Below are positions 11,758 to 24,232 of a stretch of DNA of 64,000 nucleotides, piece by piece. The first letter of the stretch is position 1. Every line of letters begins with the position of its first letter. The stretch is from Octopus vulgaris (lineage: Eukaryota). The notes beneath the pieces were generated by a model. It was given only the letters and a program-made list of their open reading frames with translations. It was not told the DNA's origin and did no database searches. The stretch lies in NCBI GenBank assembly GCA_951406725.2, contig OX597816.1, positions 164,424,001-164,488,000 of the forward strand, given 5' to 3'. The translations under genes were made by a program, and so were the position numbers.

Positions 11758-11902
11758 TTCTCAGCTTTTGAAAACTCCAAACTACGTTTGCCATCTTTCC
11801 GACAAGAGTCGAGTGAAAATGAAGGAGAGGCTAGCGACTTCAGTAGCAGTGATGGAGACAACATACCTCTTAGTGCTCTCAGAGAAAGAACAGCAACCCC
11901 TG
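11758..11902 (+). CDS. TNRC18/BAHCC1: exon B (145 nt, phase 0/1)
   Basis: ttttcag|TTC ... CCTG|gtaggt. Encodes FSAFENSKLRLPSFRQESSENEGEASDFSSSDGDNIPLSALRERTATP. Absent from the ORF track (too short). Phases join exons A and C. Confidence 0.85.
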
Positions 11903-11959
11903 GTAGGTTTGATTAAATATTAGGTATATTGCTGCACAGCGTTGACAGAGCAGCTAAAC

Positions 11960-12419
11960 AGCTTCCGTACCAGTGGCACATAAAAGGCACCATTCGAGTG
12001 TGATCGTTACCAGTGTCACCTTACTGGCACTCGAGCCCCGTGCTAGTAGGGTGCTAAGAGCACCATCCGAGCGTGATCATTGCCAGAGTGGCTAACTGGC
12101 TTCCGTGCTGGTGGCACGTAAAAGGTACCATTTGAGCATGATCGTTACCAGCATCGCCTTACTGGCACTTGTGTCGGAGGCACGTGTAAAAACATTTGAG
12201 CGAGGTCATTGCCAGTACCGCCTAACTGGCACCCGTGCCGGTGGCACATAAAAGCACCCACTACACTCTCGGAGTAGTTGGCATTAGGAAGGGCAACCAG
12301 CTGTAGAAACTCTGCCTGATCAAGATTGGAGCCTGGTGCAGCAATTTGGTTCGCTAGCCCTCAGTCAAATCGTCCAACCCATGCTAGCATGGAAAGTGGA
12401 CATTAAACGATGATGATGA
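11960..12419 (+). mobile_element. family-3 SINE (RTE-like ggaagggcatccagctgtagaaa motif, internal gtggcac...aaaagcacc repeats, (GAT)n tail)
   Basis: Further copies at about 15250-15365(-), 16290-16560(-), 38895-39240(-), 40841-41275(-), 47040-47510(+) and 50390-50755(+). Confidence 0.8.
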
Positions 12420-12980
12420 GTGTTAAATAGCATACACGTCCAATATAACTGGTTTTATCTTTGAACATGCCAACAGCCAGATATTTATCCATATTTGTAT
12501 GTGCATACATTTGTACACATGCAAACACACACACACACTGATACAGATGAATGAATGAGCTGCTCTTTGAATCAATGTCAGGTGGCTTATAACATGTAAA
12601 AAGTCCCTAGGCAGGGCAACCGGTCATAGAAACCATGCCAAAACAGGCAATCGGAGCCTGATGCTTCTCTCACTCTTTCTCACTCTCTATCTCTCTCTCC
12701 CTCTCTCTGCCTCCCTCTCTCTCATGTAAGTTTTAAGTGTGTGTAAGTGCTGTAAAGTGGTTGGCATTAGAAAAGACATCGAGCTCCAGAAACCAGACCA
12801 AAGTAAACCCTGGAGCACAAAGCAGTCTTCAGACCTGTTGTCTCCTGTCAAACTGCCCAACCCATGCCAGGACCATAGATGTTTAATGCAAATTATAGAG
12901 TATATGTACAAGCTTATATGCTTTTCTTTCTGTACAAAATGAAATAAAAAAAATAAATATGCATTTCTACTGTTTTACAG

Positions 12981-13095
12981 AACCACGATGCTGTACTATC
13001 GAGAAAGAAGACTTGAAGGATGGCTTACGTGTCCTCTTGTTCAGAGATGGACTGTTTTATGAAGGAGAAGTAAAAGCTATCAGACCCCCTGATGT
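12981..13095 (+). CDS. TNRC18/BAHCC1: exon C (115 nt, phase 1/2), first Tudor-like repeat
   Basis: tgttttacag|AA ... GATGT|gtatgt. Encodes EPRCCTIEKEDLKDGLRVLLFRDGLFYEGEVKAIRPPDV, matching the family's KxxLxDGLRVL...YxGxV...PD motif. Confidence 0.93.
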
Positions 13096-13325
13096 GTATG
13101 TACAATTGAGATTTTATGATTTTTGCTTGTTTGTTTATTAATCTTTCACTCTCATCTCAGTTCCAGCCATGGAAAAAAATTACTTAATTACATTACTGTT
13201 ACCAACTGAGGTGTCACTTCTTTTACGCCATTAATATTCTGGGCAAAAATTAAGTAGAAGAATAAAATTCCATTAATATATTAGGAGTCTGTGAAATTTA
13301 ATATAAGCTAACAATAACCCTTTAA

Positions 13326-13797
13326 CCCTTTCATTACCAACCTGGTTGAAACCAGCTCTGGCTCTGTAGTACAAATGTCTTGTTTTCACAAGTTTTGAAT
13401 TAAAATCTTCCACCAAACCTTAGTCACAATTTATGTTCCTAACACTAGCTTAGTGATGACTGAGTTATTTTACTAAATTCTTTGTTATATTTAAAATTAA
13501 TTGAAAGAAACACAAAACATCCCAACAGGGATATGGTAACAAAAGGGTTAAAATATATAATAGAGAAACAATTTTTAACCCTTTTGATACCAACCTGGCA
13601 GAAATTGCTGCTGGTTCTGTAGTACAAATGTTTTGTTTTCAAAAGTTCTGAATTAAAATATTCCACCAAACCTTAGCCACAGTTTATGTTTCTAATACTA
13701 ACTTAATGATAACAAAGTTATTTTACTAAATTCTTTGTTATATTTAAATTAATTGGAAGAAACACAGAGCATCTCAAAATATATACAGTAAAGAAAG
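13326..13797 (-). mobile_element. piggyBac-type MITE dimer, second copy
   Basis: Reverse complement of 3016-3492, including the same 31-bp spacer. Confidence 0.82.
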
Positions 13798-14342
13798 TAA
13801 CCCTTTAATATTTTTAAACTGGACATATCTGGAATAAAAATTCAATCTGTGTTGTTTAAACCAGCCAGATCTGGACTTTCACACCTGTCTTATGTCATTC
13901 TAAAAATATACAATCACATCAGTAGCAGCATGTAAAAAGTACCCTTGCCGGCGCCACATGGAAGGTTTCGACACCCCAGCAGTACCATTCATTCTGGCAG
14001 TGTCAACAGCACTAAAAGAAGTGCTGTTTGGAAACAAAACACACAAACAAATTTCAAATACATTTACCCTATGTACAACAGTATTCAATCTAAATACAGA
14101 CAGAATTAACTTTCACTAACTTTAAAATTAAACTTCAACAAGAGACACATAAATCTTTGTACATCTGTATCAGTATTAATAGTAAACCTACAATAACTAA
14201 ATTACATGCTAAATAGCAACCAATCTGTAAGTCCATACATATAATAATCCCACCAGTCTTCCATAGTTACTATTATACTAAAAAAAGTGAAAGCTTTATA
14301 TTCAATTCTCTCCAAAACAAAACACAATTGAATTTAATTTAA

Positions 14343-14564
14343 CCCTTTTGTTACCATATTTCTGCTGAGATGCTCTGTGTTTATTTCAATTAATTTTAAA
14401 TGTAACAAAAAATTTAGTAAAATAACTTAGTTATCATTAAGTTAGAGTTAGGAACATGAATTGCGACAAAGGTTTGGTGGAAGATTTTAGTTCAGAACTT
14501 TTGAAAACAAGGCATTTGTATTACAGAGCCAGAGGCGGTTTCAGCCAGGTTGGTATCAAAAGGG
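14343..14564 (+). mobile_element. piggyBac-type MITE monomer (222 bp)
   Basis: TTAA|cccttttgttacca ... tggtatcaaaaggg|TTAA. Confidence 0.88.
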
Positions 14565-14798
14565 TTAATGAATAATATAATAATCATGAGTGAAACACAT
14601 TATTTCATAATTCAAAAGTTAATAATAAAAAACACTACATACTCTTAATATATATTAAGCCTTACAAGCTATGATGTAAACTTAGCGGTAACTAACAGAA
14701 ACATTAAATTTATTAAATAGGAACTAATAAAAGTATACTTGTAATTAACTATAATTATAATAATATATTTAATTATATATGTGTATTTACTTCGTTAG

Positions 14799-14874
14799 AT
14801 ATGGTGTGGTGATTGACAACGAACGAGGAAACAGGCCACATATCTATTCTCAGGAAGAAATACTTAAAGATGCT
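14799..14874 (+). CDS. TNRC18/BAHCC1: exon D (76 nt, phase 2/0)
   Basis: ttcgttag|A ... GCT|gtaagt. Encodes YGVVIDNERGNRPHIYSQEEILKDA (family motif ERGNRPHIY). Confidence 0.93.
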
Positions 14875-15698
14875 GTAAGTATATTATTATTCTTGTTTCA
14901 CTCTATAAGACTGTGGCCATGCTGGGGCACTTCCTCTAAAGGTATATTTCAAGAAATGGACTCTGATACTTATTTTATCAGTCTATTTTGCTGTACTGCT
15001 AAGTTCACTGGCACTTTGTTGGTTACGATGACAAATGTCCCAATTGTTCTGATGGAACAGCCTGTTCATGAAATCAGTGTGCAAGTGGCTGAGTATTCCA
15101 CAGACACCTGTACCTTTAATGTAGTTTTCAGTGAGATTCAGCACGATACAGAATGTAACAAAGTTGGCCCCTTTGAATTACAGGTACATTTCATTTTTGC
15201 TAGTTGAGTGAACTGGAGCAACGTGATATAAAGTGTCCCCTTTGACTGGGGACTGCTGAGCCAGGAGGCTGCATCAGACTCCAATCTGATCTGGCAAGGT
15301 TTCTGCAGCATTCTTCCTAATGCCAACCACTCCGAGAGTGTTGTGGGTACTTGTTACATGCCACCAACAAGCTTCTTCGTGTAGCTCCCAGAGTCCTGCT
15401 GTGGTCTATTATTGGCAGCATCATTGGAGCATTGGGTAAAAATGTCATGTCGTATTTCTTCCATCTCTTTAGTCTCTGAGTTCAAATCCTGTCACGGTCA
15501 ACTTTGCCCTACAAACTTTCCGGGTCAGTAAAATAAAGTACCAGTCTTGTACTGGGATCAATACAAGTTACTGTTTGCTCCACCCCATCCAACTCTGTAT
15601 CTGCATTGGAAATGAATGTATTATATGTATTATATCACTTTCAATCACTTTTACCTTTCCTTTTTTTAATTATTATTATTATTGTTTGTTTTTATTAG

Positions 15699-15860
<162 letters not shown>

Positions 15861-17166
15861 TAATGTCCATTTTCCAAAGGTTGGATGGTTCAATATGAGC
15901 TGCCGGACCAAGCTGCACTGTCTCATTAGGCATGGATTCTACTGCTGGATGTCTTGCAAGGTACTTGGTGACCCTGTTGGTGATGGTGCCCCATAAAAAG
16001 CACTGGTAGTGATTATTGTTCCTGAGATATCAACATTCCTCTACAGAGTTCACTAATTTAGTGCAGGGAGGAATTGAACTGAGTACTGATACCCTTGTAT
16101 CGCTTTCCAACTACATATGTCACCCACGCTGCTGTGTGCTACCTACATACAGCATGGAAGATGTAGATATTGAGAGTTAAAATACCTTGGCCTAGGATAT
16201 AACATTCTGATTTTGCCAAAATTTGAACTGCTGATCTTTCAGTCGGGATGTTCAGTAAATCTTGCAATTTGGCTATCTTTTCTGTCAGTCATCATCATCG
16301 TTTAACGTCCGTTTTCGATGCTGGCATAGGTTAGATGGTTTGACTGAGGTCTTGAGAACCGGCGGCTGCACCAGGCTCCAATCTGATCTGGCAATGTTTC
16401 TATAGCTGGATGTCCTTCCTAATGCCAACCACTCTGAGAGTGTAGTGAGTGCTTTTTTATGTGCCACCAGCACAGGAGCCAGTCAGTGGGTACTGGCATC
16501 AACCACGTTCAGATGGTGTTTTGTACATGCCAGTCAGGCGGTCCTGGCATCGGATTGTGACAATATTTATCTGCAACTCTTTTACCACAATCACACTTAT
16601 CACTACCATCATCAACAGCAACAAGAGCTGTTCAAGAATTTGAACCTGGAGATCTCATTTCCTGCGACTTCGAGGGCCACCTCCCAGTGGTGTCGGGTGT
16701 CAACGAAGAGCCCTCAACTACAACAAGACGACCAAAGTTTCTTTTTTTCCCCCCCCAATGTCTGGGGTCTCCTGCTCCTAAGCCCTAGACCATCACCTAA
16801 TCACCCTTACCCGTCTTGTTGCTTAACAACAACAACAGCAGCAGCAACATTTAACATCTGTTTACCATGCTGATATGCGTTGGACAATTTGACAAGATCC
16901 AGTGAGCTGCAAGGCCACAATGAGTTCCAATGTCAGCTTTGCCATGGTTTCTGTGGCTGTGTGCCCTTCCTAACATCAACCCCTTAGTGTACTGGGTGGT
17001 TTTCCTCACTCCTCATTTCAGGTATCTTGCTCCATCCAGTTTTGGACTGTACCCTTTGCTTCTTTCATGTAAATGACTAATTAGAAACGAATAAATTTTC
17101 AAACAAATACGTTACATATAATTAAAACTGCGTCTGATTAAACTTCTAATTAACTTTGTTTTATAG

Positions 17167-17283
17167 CAAGTCCAAACCCGCATGCGGACAAATCATCTGT
17201 GAGTGTTGAATTCGATGATGGGGATACTGGCCGCATACCAATTGACCATATAAGGATGTTACCCCAAGACTTCCCCATTGCAT
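17167..17283 (+). CDS. TNRC18/BAHCC1: exon F (117 nt, phase 1/1), second Tudor repeat C-half
   Basis: ttttatag|CA ... GCAT|gtaagt. Encodes SPNPHADKSSVSVEFDDGDTGRIPIDHIRMLPQDFPIA (family motif VEFDDGDTGRI..HIRxLP). Confidence 0.95.
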
Positions 17284-19149
17284 GTAAGTTGCTTTTCCTT
17301 TTCATATATATCTTTGGCCTAAAAACTAATGTATCACTACACACACACACACTTGTTGGCAGATAAGTAGCTTTCTATGTAAATTTATTTTATAAGTGTG
17401 TATATATTATATTCAGCAAACTTGTTAAAAAACAATCTCTCTCTACATATATCACACACACACACACACATGTAATGATTTACGATGTAATAATGCATGG
17501 GCTAATTATATTTGGTCAAAACAACTACTCTATGTCCATCCATCCATCAAGATAATATATGTGTGTGTGTGTGTGTATGTAGAACCATATGCTTCATCTG
17601 GGTATGTATAAACATGTATTCTGGGTTGGTCCACAACAACAATTTGTTGTCATGGAAGTTGTTGCTGTTGATATCATTTTTGTTGTCGAAGTTGTTGTCT
17701 TTCCATATATATATATATATATATCTGTTCTTGTAGTAGTAGTAAATGTTGTTGTTGTTGTTACTGCCATTGATTCATTTGCATAAGCAATTTGTGGGTA
17801 CCATTAAATGTTTCCATGACCGAGGGTCACGCCCTCATTCTGTCAGCGTCACATCATCCATGCCATCATCACCGTTTGTGATCCTCTTTTTCATCATCAT
17901 CATGATCATCATCACAAACATCATTGTTATCTTTGTTGTCCTATATAAAAAAAAAAATCACTATTTTTGTTATTTGTATTTTTGTTGTTGTTTATGCTGT
18001 TATTTCCCTGTTATTGCTGTTGTTACTGTTGCCGTTTACCTTTGTTATTGTTCATCACCAACATTGTCATCATCATGAACCTACAATCGCCATTATTGAT
18101 CTCTTACATGCCATTTTCATTGTCATTATTCATTATTCATTAATCTCGTTAGCCATCTATTTATTTATTCGTAAATATGTAAAACATTTAACTCTCTGTT
18201 GTCATTATACAGTTTTTCATTTCCCAGTCAATGTCATTCCTGCAATATTGATCTCCAATCATCATCATCATCCTCATCATACAGAGCAGCAAATACTCAT
18301 TTCCTTCTCTGGGTGAGCTTCAGCAAAAGAAGTTTGTTTGGTATCCTATGAGAATATTCACCACACCACGTCTTCGTTGTACCCCGTGATCCACATTTCA
18401 TCAGCCATCTTGGTCAAGTTCTAGTCCACACATCTGACACGTCCCTCTGTTGCATTTAAAATCGTCATCATCCACCTCGTCATTATCATATGTGTGCAAA
18501 TATAGTGACATCACTTAATTTAAAGACTAAAGATTGATGATTAAACAATAATCATTTAAAATTTATTTAATCATTAGTCAACCAAATGTCATATGTAATG
18601 CATATTCACGTTCTTTTGAATCAACCAGGCATTGTCTTGTAGCTTCAAGATTTAGATGGTACAATTGGTTTTTTAGAATGGCATTTTAGGGTAGCTTTAA
18701 GAGGCTAGATATGGGTGGCTTGAGCATAAAGCAGGTATTTGAGCCAGACATGACTGGTTTTAAATGCTAAACAGTTAAACATAAATATTTTAAATTTGTA
18801 AAATGAAGTAAGGCAGTGAGCTGATAGAAACAGTAGCATGCTGGGCGAAATACTTTACGTTCTGAGTTCAGATTCTGCTGAGGTCGACTTTACCTTTTGT
18901 CCTATCGGGGTCGATAAATTAAGTACCAGTTGCGTACTTGGGTTGATCTAATCGACTGATTAAAAATTTCGGGCCTTGTGCCTAGAGTAGAAATGAAATA
19001 ATTAACATTCGATAATTGAACAATGAAATCGACATCTCTTAATTGAAATGCATTTTTGGAAAAAGAAAGGTTTCTTTTCCTAATTAAAAATAAAATATTA
19101 TGGATGCCCTTAATAATGCCAACCACAAAGTGTACTGGATGCTTTTTAC

Positions 19150-20250
19150 ATGGCACTAGCAGTACAAGTGCATTACGTGGCACCAAATCGAGTGCGTTAC
19201 GTGGCACCAACACGAGTGCATTATGTGGCACCAGCACGAGTGCGTTATGTGGCACCAAATCGAGTGCGTTATGTGGCACCAGCACGAGTGCATTATGTGG
19301 CACCAAATCGAGTGCGTTACGTGGCACCAGCACGAGTGCGTTATGTGGCACCAAATCGAGTGCGTTATGTGGCACCAGCACGAGTGCGTTATGTGGCACC
19401 AGCACGAGTGCGTTATGTGGCACCAAATCGAGTGCGTTAGAGTGCGTTATGTGGCACCAGCACGAGTGCGTTAGTGCGTAGTGGCACCAGCACGAGTGGC
19501 ACCACACGAGTTATGTGGCACCAGCACGAGTGCGTTATGTGGCACCAAATCGAGTGCGTTACGTGGCACCAGCACGAGTGCGTTATGTGGCACCAGCACG
19601 AGTGCGTTATGTGGCACCAGCACGAGTGCGTTATGTGGCACCAGCACGAGTGCGTTATGTGGCACCAGCACGAGTGCGTTATGTGGCACCAGCACGAGTG
19701 CGTTATGTGGCACCAGCACGAGTGTCGTTATGTGGCACCAGCACGAGTGCGTTATGTATGTGGCACCAGCACGAGTGCGTTACGTGGCACCAGCACGAGT
19801 GCGTCATGTGGCACCAGCACGAGTGCTGTATCATGTGGCACCAGCACGAGTGCTGTATCATGTGGCACCAGCACGAGTGCTGCATCATGTGGCACCAGCA
19901 CGAGTGCTGCATCATGCGGCACCGGCACGAGTGCGTTATCATGCGGCACCGGCACGAGTGCTGCATCATGCGGCACCGGCACGAGTGCTGCATCATGCGG
20001 CACCGGCACGAGTGCTGCATCATGCGGCACCGGCACGAGTGCTGCATCATGCGGCACCGGCACGAGTGCTGCATCATGTGGCACCAGCACGAGTGCTGCA
20101 TCATGTGGCACCAGCACGAGTGCTGTACCATGTGGCACCGGCACGAGTGCTGTACCATGTGGCACCGGCACGAGTGCTGTATCATGTGGCACCGGCACGA
20201 GTGCGTTATCATGTGGCACCGGCACGAGTGCGTTATCATGTGGCACCGGC
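19150..20250. repeat. 24/27-bp GC-rich minisatellite (about 40 units)
   Basis: gtggcaccagcacgagtgcgttat and gtggcaccaaatcgagtgcgttat units, then g(t/c)ggcacc(a/g)gcacgagtgctgcatcat units. Confidence 0.95.
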
Positions 20251-21252
20251 AAGTTTCTTTGGCTAATTTAAATGTCAGGTTTAAGCTTACATAAATTTAA
20301 AAGAGTAAAAATTAAAAATGTCTTTCTATTCCTATGTAGTTTGAATATTAAAGAGATTGATTAAATATATAAATGATTAATGTTTAATCATGGGTATACT
20401 GTTGTTTTTAAACGAACTGATGTCACTGTAACGACCAGAAACATCCTGTACACTATGGATACTGCATCGTTATCAAATTATCTTGTGTATTACATCGTGA
20501 AGCATTGTCAAGTGCTGTCTTTGTCATCATCATCACCACAAATATCATCCTCCTCATCGTCATCCTTGTGATTCTCCTCCTCCTCCAGCTCATTTTCATC
20601 ACCACCACTGCCGTCGCCACCACCACCGACATCATCGCCATTGTCATCGTCATCATCATCATCATCATCAACAGCAACAACACCACCACCCTGGGTTAGC
20701 TTCTTACAAGCAAAGGAGAAAGCTAAGGTTATTTGCTACAAGAGAATTCTTTATGTATGTGAAGAACTTGGTTAAAGGGGAGAAAATTAATGAAATAAAG
20801 GATAGGAACAAAAATATGAAAATTGGTGGAAAATATTGGAAATTATGTGAAGGAATAACAAAAATATAAGCAAGATGGATCAGAGTGGTGATTTGGTAGT
20901 GAAGAATAAATAAATGATGGCTTTGCTAGAGTGAAACTTTTCTATGGAACTGGTTCAGAGTTTGCACTGGTTCCTGGATACACACACATATGCAGACACA
21001 GAATTATACGTCCAAAAATTCTGTTGAAACTCTGACCCCAAAGTCTTATAGACCTAGCAAACCCATCATCCTTTTCTTTATAGCACCAAATTATGGCATT
21101 GATCTTCTTTGCTTATTGTTTTTGTTATTTTCCGGTTTCATTTCTATTATTTCTCCCTTTTTCATGTTTTTGTTCACAGTATTCATACATCTGTGTGCAT
21201 ATTTATATATGCATACATGTATGTATACACATACATGCCCATATATATATTA

Positions 21253-22068
21253 GGTTTGATCAATAAGTATTCAGACTGTTACCATAGTAACAAAGCTAAA
21301 GCCCACAGTGAAGCTGCCTGGCACAAATTGACCTTGAACTCTGCTGTACATACACACTAAGTTTTAACATTCTAGCTCACTTCGGCTGTTTACAGCAGTG
21401 CTTGGAAGGAAGGTGTGTAGCGTGTGATCGTCGCACTTACCATGACAAAGTTGCAGAAAGTGTATGGAGAGGAGTGCATGAGCCACACACAAGTGTACAA
21501 GTGGTTCAGACATTTCCAAGATGAATGCTCTGGGAGACCTGCAACCAGCAGAACTGAGTAAAACATTGCAGATGTGTGTGCAGCTGTGAGGGGAATTGCT
21601 GTATCACCATCTGTGAATTACTAGAGGATGTGCAGATTAGTTACAGTTCAGTTCAATCTATTTATAACTGAAGATTTGGGTATGAGGTGCATGCTTAATA
21701 AGTTTGCATCAAAACTGCATTCAGCAGACCAAAAAGACACTCGGGTTTCAGTTGCATAAGATCTCCTTGATTGTGTTGAGAATGATGAAAGCTCTTTGAA
21801 AATTTTGTGTAGGCCTCTGAGCAGATATCGCAAAGCTTTTGGCAAAATTTGATGCAGATTCTCTGCTCATCTTTATCATGGTCAGTACGATGATCACATG
21901 CGACACATGTTCCTTCCAAGTATTGCTGTAAACAGTGAAAGTGAGCTAGAATGTTAAAACTTAGTGTACATGCACAGCAGTTCAAGGTCAATTCGTGCCA
22001 AGCAGCTTCACCCTCCATGCTTTAGTTTCATTACTATAGCAACAGTCTGGATACTTATTGATCAAACC
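21253..22068. mobile_element. mariner-derived fold-back with about 200-bp inverted arms
   Basis: ggtttgatcaataagta... versus ...tacttattgatcaaacc. Plus strand VYGEECMSHTQVYKWFRHFQD..SGRP and minus strand EQRICIKFCQKL are both mariner transposase N-terminal pieces. Confidence 0.82.
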
Positions 22069-22087
22069 GCACACACTCACATATATA

Positions 22088-22279
22088 CGGGGTTGCTGAA
22101 GAGTTTCTGGCATTAAGGGTCTTGCAAAAGGCCTGGTTGGAGGTTCCCTCGTCTGAGTTCTTTTACAGGTCTTAGAAAATCTGAAGGACTGCTGCAATAA
22201 GTCTGTGAATCTGAGAGGGGAATATATTGAATAAAATCATAATTAACCCAAAGCCAGGAACCTTGAGCACACCCTCACA
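22088..22279. mobile_element. Tc1/mariner-type MITE in a TA-rich site
   Basis: Degenerate TIRs cggggttgctgaagagtttctggc and gccaggaaccttgagcacaccctc. Confidence 0.5.
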
Positions 22280-22300
22280 TATATACATACATACATATAT

Positions 22301-22332
<32 letters not shown>

Positions 22333-22588
22333 GGAAATGAACACGTGTGTGCCTGTATACATATTCATGTATATAGCTTCTCAGTTATATATATGTGTGT
22401 GTGTGTGAGATTGATGTCGTGTCTTTACAGTTGAATGTGGTTTATTACAGCAGTGGCAGAATTGATATTATTTCAATAACAAATCCAGTAATAACAGGTT
22501 AATGAGTGTTGTTGGTGGATTAAGTTAAAAATATTAACAGTATTGACAGAAGAGATAACAGGGATAGGTAGTGTCTAGATAGGCAGAT

Positions 22589-23038
22589 CAGGGCTTTGGA
22601 GTCTAAACAAAAAATCTCCGACTCCTTTACTATTTGGCACCTCTGACTCTAACTCCTCTATGTAATTAAGTGATTGTGGTCTATTCTTCCAACTCCGACT
22701 TCAGCTACTCCTTAATCGTTTCTGACTCTGACTCTGTGGCTCTGACTCTGTGGCCCTGACTCTGTGGCCCTGACTCCGCGGCCCTGACTCCGCGGCCCTG
22801 ACTCCGCGGCCCTGACTCTGCGGCCCTGACTCCGCGGCCCTGACTCCGCGGCCCTGACTCCGCGGCCCTGACTCTGCGGCCCTGACTCTGCGGCCCTGAC
22901 TCTGCGGCCCTGACTCTGCGGCCCTGACTCTGCGGCCCTGACTCTGCGGCCCTGACTCTGCGGCCCTGACTCCGCGGCCCTGACTCCGCGGCCCTGACTC
23001 CGCGGCCCTGACTCCGCGGCCCTGACTCCACAGCTCTG
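22589..23038. mobile_element. hAT-like MITE containing a 14-bp tandem array (22728-23038)
   Basis: TIRs cagggctttggagtc and gactccacagctctg (13/15). 8-bp flanks aggcagat/agctagat (6/8). 21 units of ctgactc(c/t)g(c/t)ggcc. Confidence 0.75.
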
Positions 23039-23452
23039 AGCTAGATAGAGATACAGACAGATTGGTAGATAAGATATTAAGCTAAATTAAGTGGCTATTG
23101 ATGTGATAACAAACACACAAACAGTATGTCTGATGACGGATATATTTAATTTTGATTTATTCAGCAAAAAACCTCAGTCAACACTTATTTGTTAGTTAAA
23201 ATAATCGCCTTACCTTCCTCTCGTTCTCCCTCCATCTCCTCTAAGTAGCTACTTATATTTGTCTCCTCTTCTGTCAATACTGTTAATATTTTTAGCCTAA
23301 TGCACGGACAAAACTTGCATCAAAAATTATCCTGGCAATTTTCGGCAGTTTGTCATTGAATTAATATCAATATCTCATACAGCTGCAATAAACCATATTC
23401 ACCTGCAAAGACACCAAACCAACAATTGTGTGTGCATATAGCTATATACATA

Positions 23453-23492
<40 letters not shown>

Positions 23493-24232
23493 CTATGTGT
23501 GTATATATGTGTATATATGTACACGTGTATATGTATGCAACTATATATATATATATATATATATATATGCATACATACACACATTCAAATTATGCATAAG
23601 AAGCAGTTCCTGATTAAAACCTTTATCTATTTGGCACGCTCTTAGAATATTTATTTCATTGAAATGTCAGAGGCTGCAATAACCATCTGAGTAAAGATCC
23701 CTTATAATATACTTCAGAGTTAGACAAAACAAAATCCCCAGAAGTGCTCATGAGAATTACAGCTGTACATTTTGCCATTGCATAGTTTGGATTTTATTTA
23801 GCCTTGCAGCCTCTTTGCATAATCAGTGAATTGTTTATTCACTGTTTCTCTATACTTCAGGCTGGCCAGGGCAACTTTGTGTTGCAAATGACTTGCATGC
23901 GAAGAATTACAAACTGTACAAGTAGCGAAATGTGCAATGTGCATCTTTCTTTCTCGTGGTCACTTCTTGGACATTTTCATTTTATCTTGCTGTGAAGTAA
24001 ATTGTATTTAACTCAGTACATCTATTGATGAACCTTAACCCAAGCCAACAACTGCAGCTACTGAGCTTTTAATGATATAACATGCAATGTGTCATATTGA
24101 CAAAGGTTTTAACCCCGAGCTATTTTATTACATAATTTGATATATATATGGGTGTAGGGCATAGATATCAAGATCATTCGCTGGTGAATTTTTGTTTCTT
24201 AATGTATTGATTCTTGTTTCCTTCTTCCTTAG

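Noticed and set aside
18902-20294. Long repetitive ORFs on both strands (CGTSTSAL, MWHQHECV, VAPARVRY, LVPHNALV)
   Set aside because: Open only because the 24/27-bp units are multiples of 3 without stops. The array is intronic and SINE-seeded, and the flanking exons F and G already join in phase.
22705-23031. 108-aa ORF (ESGPRSQGRGVRAA)n
   Set aside because: Translation of the 14-bp tandem array.
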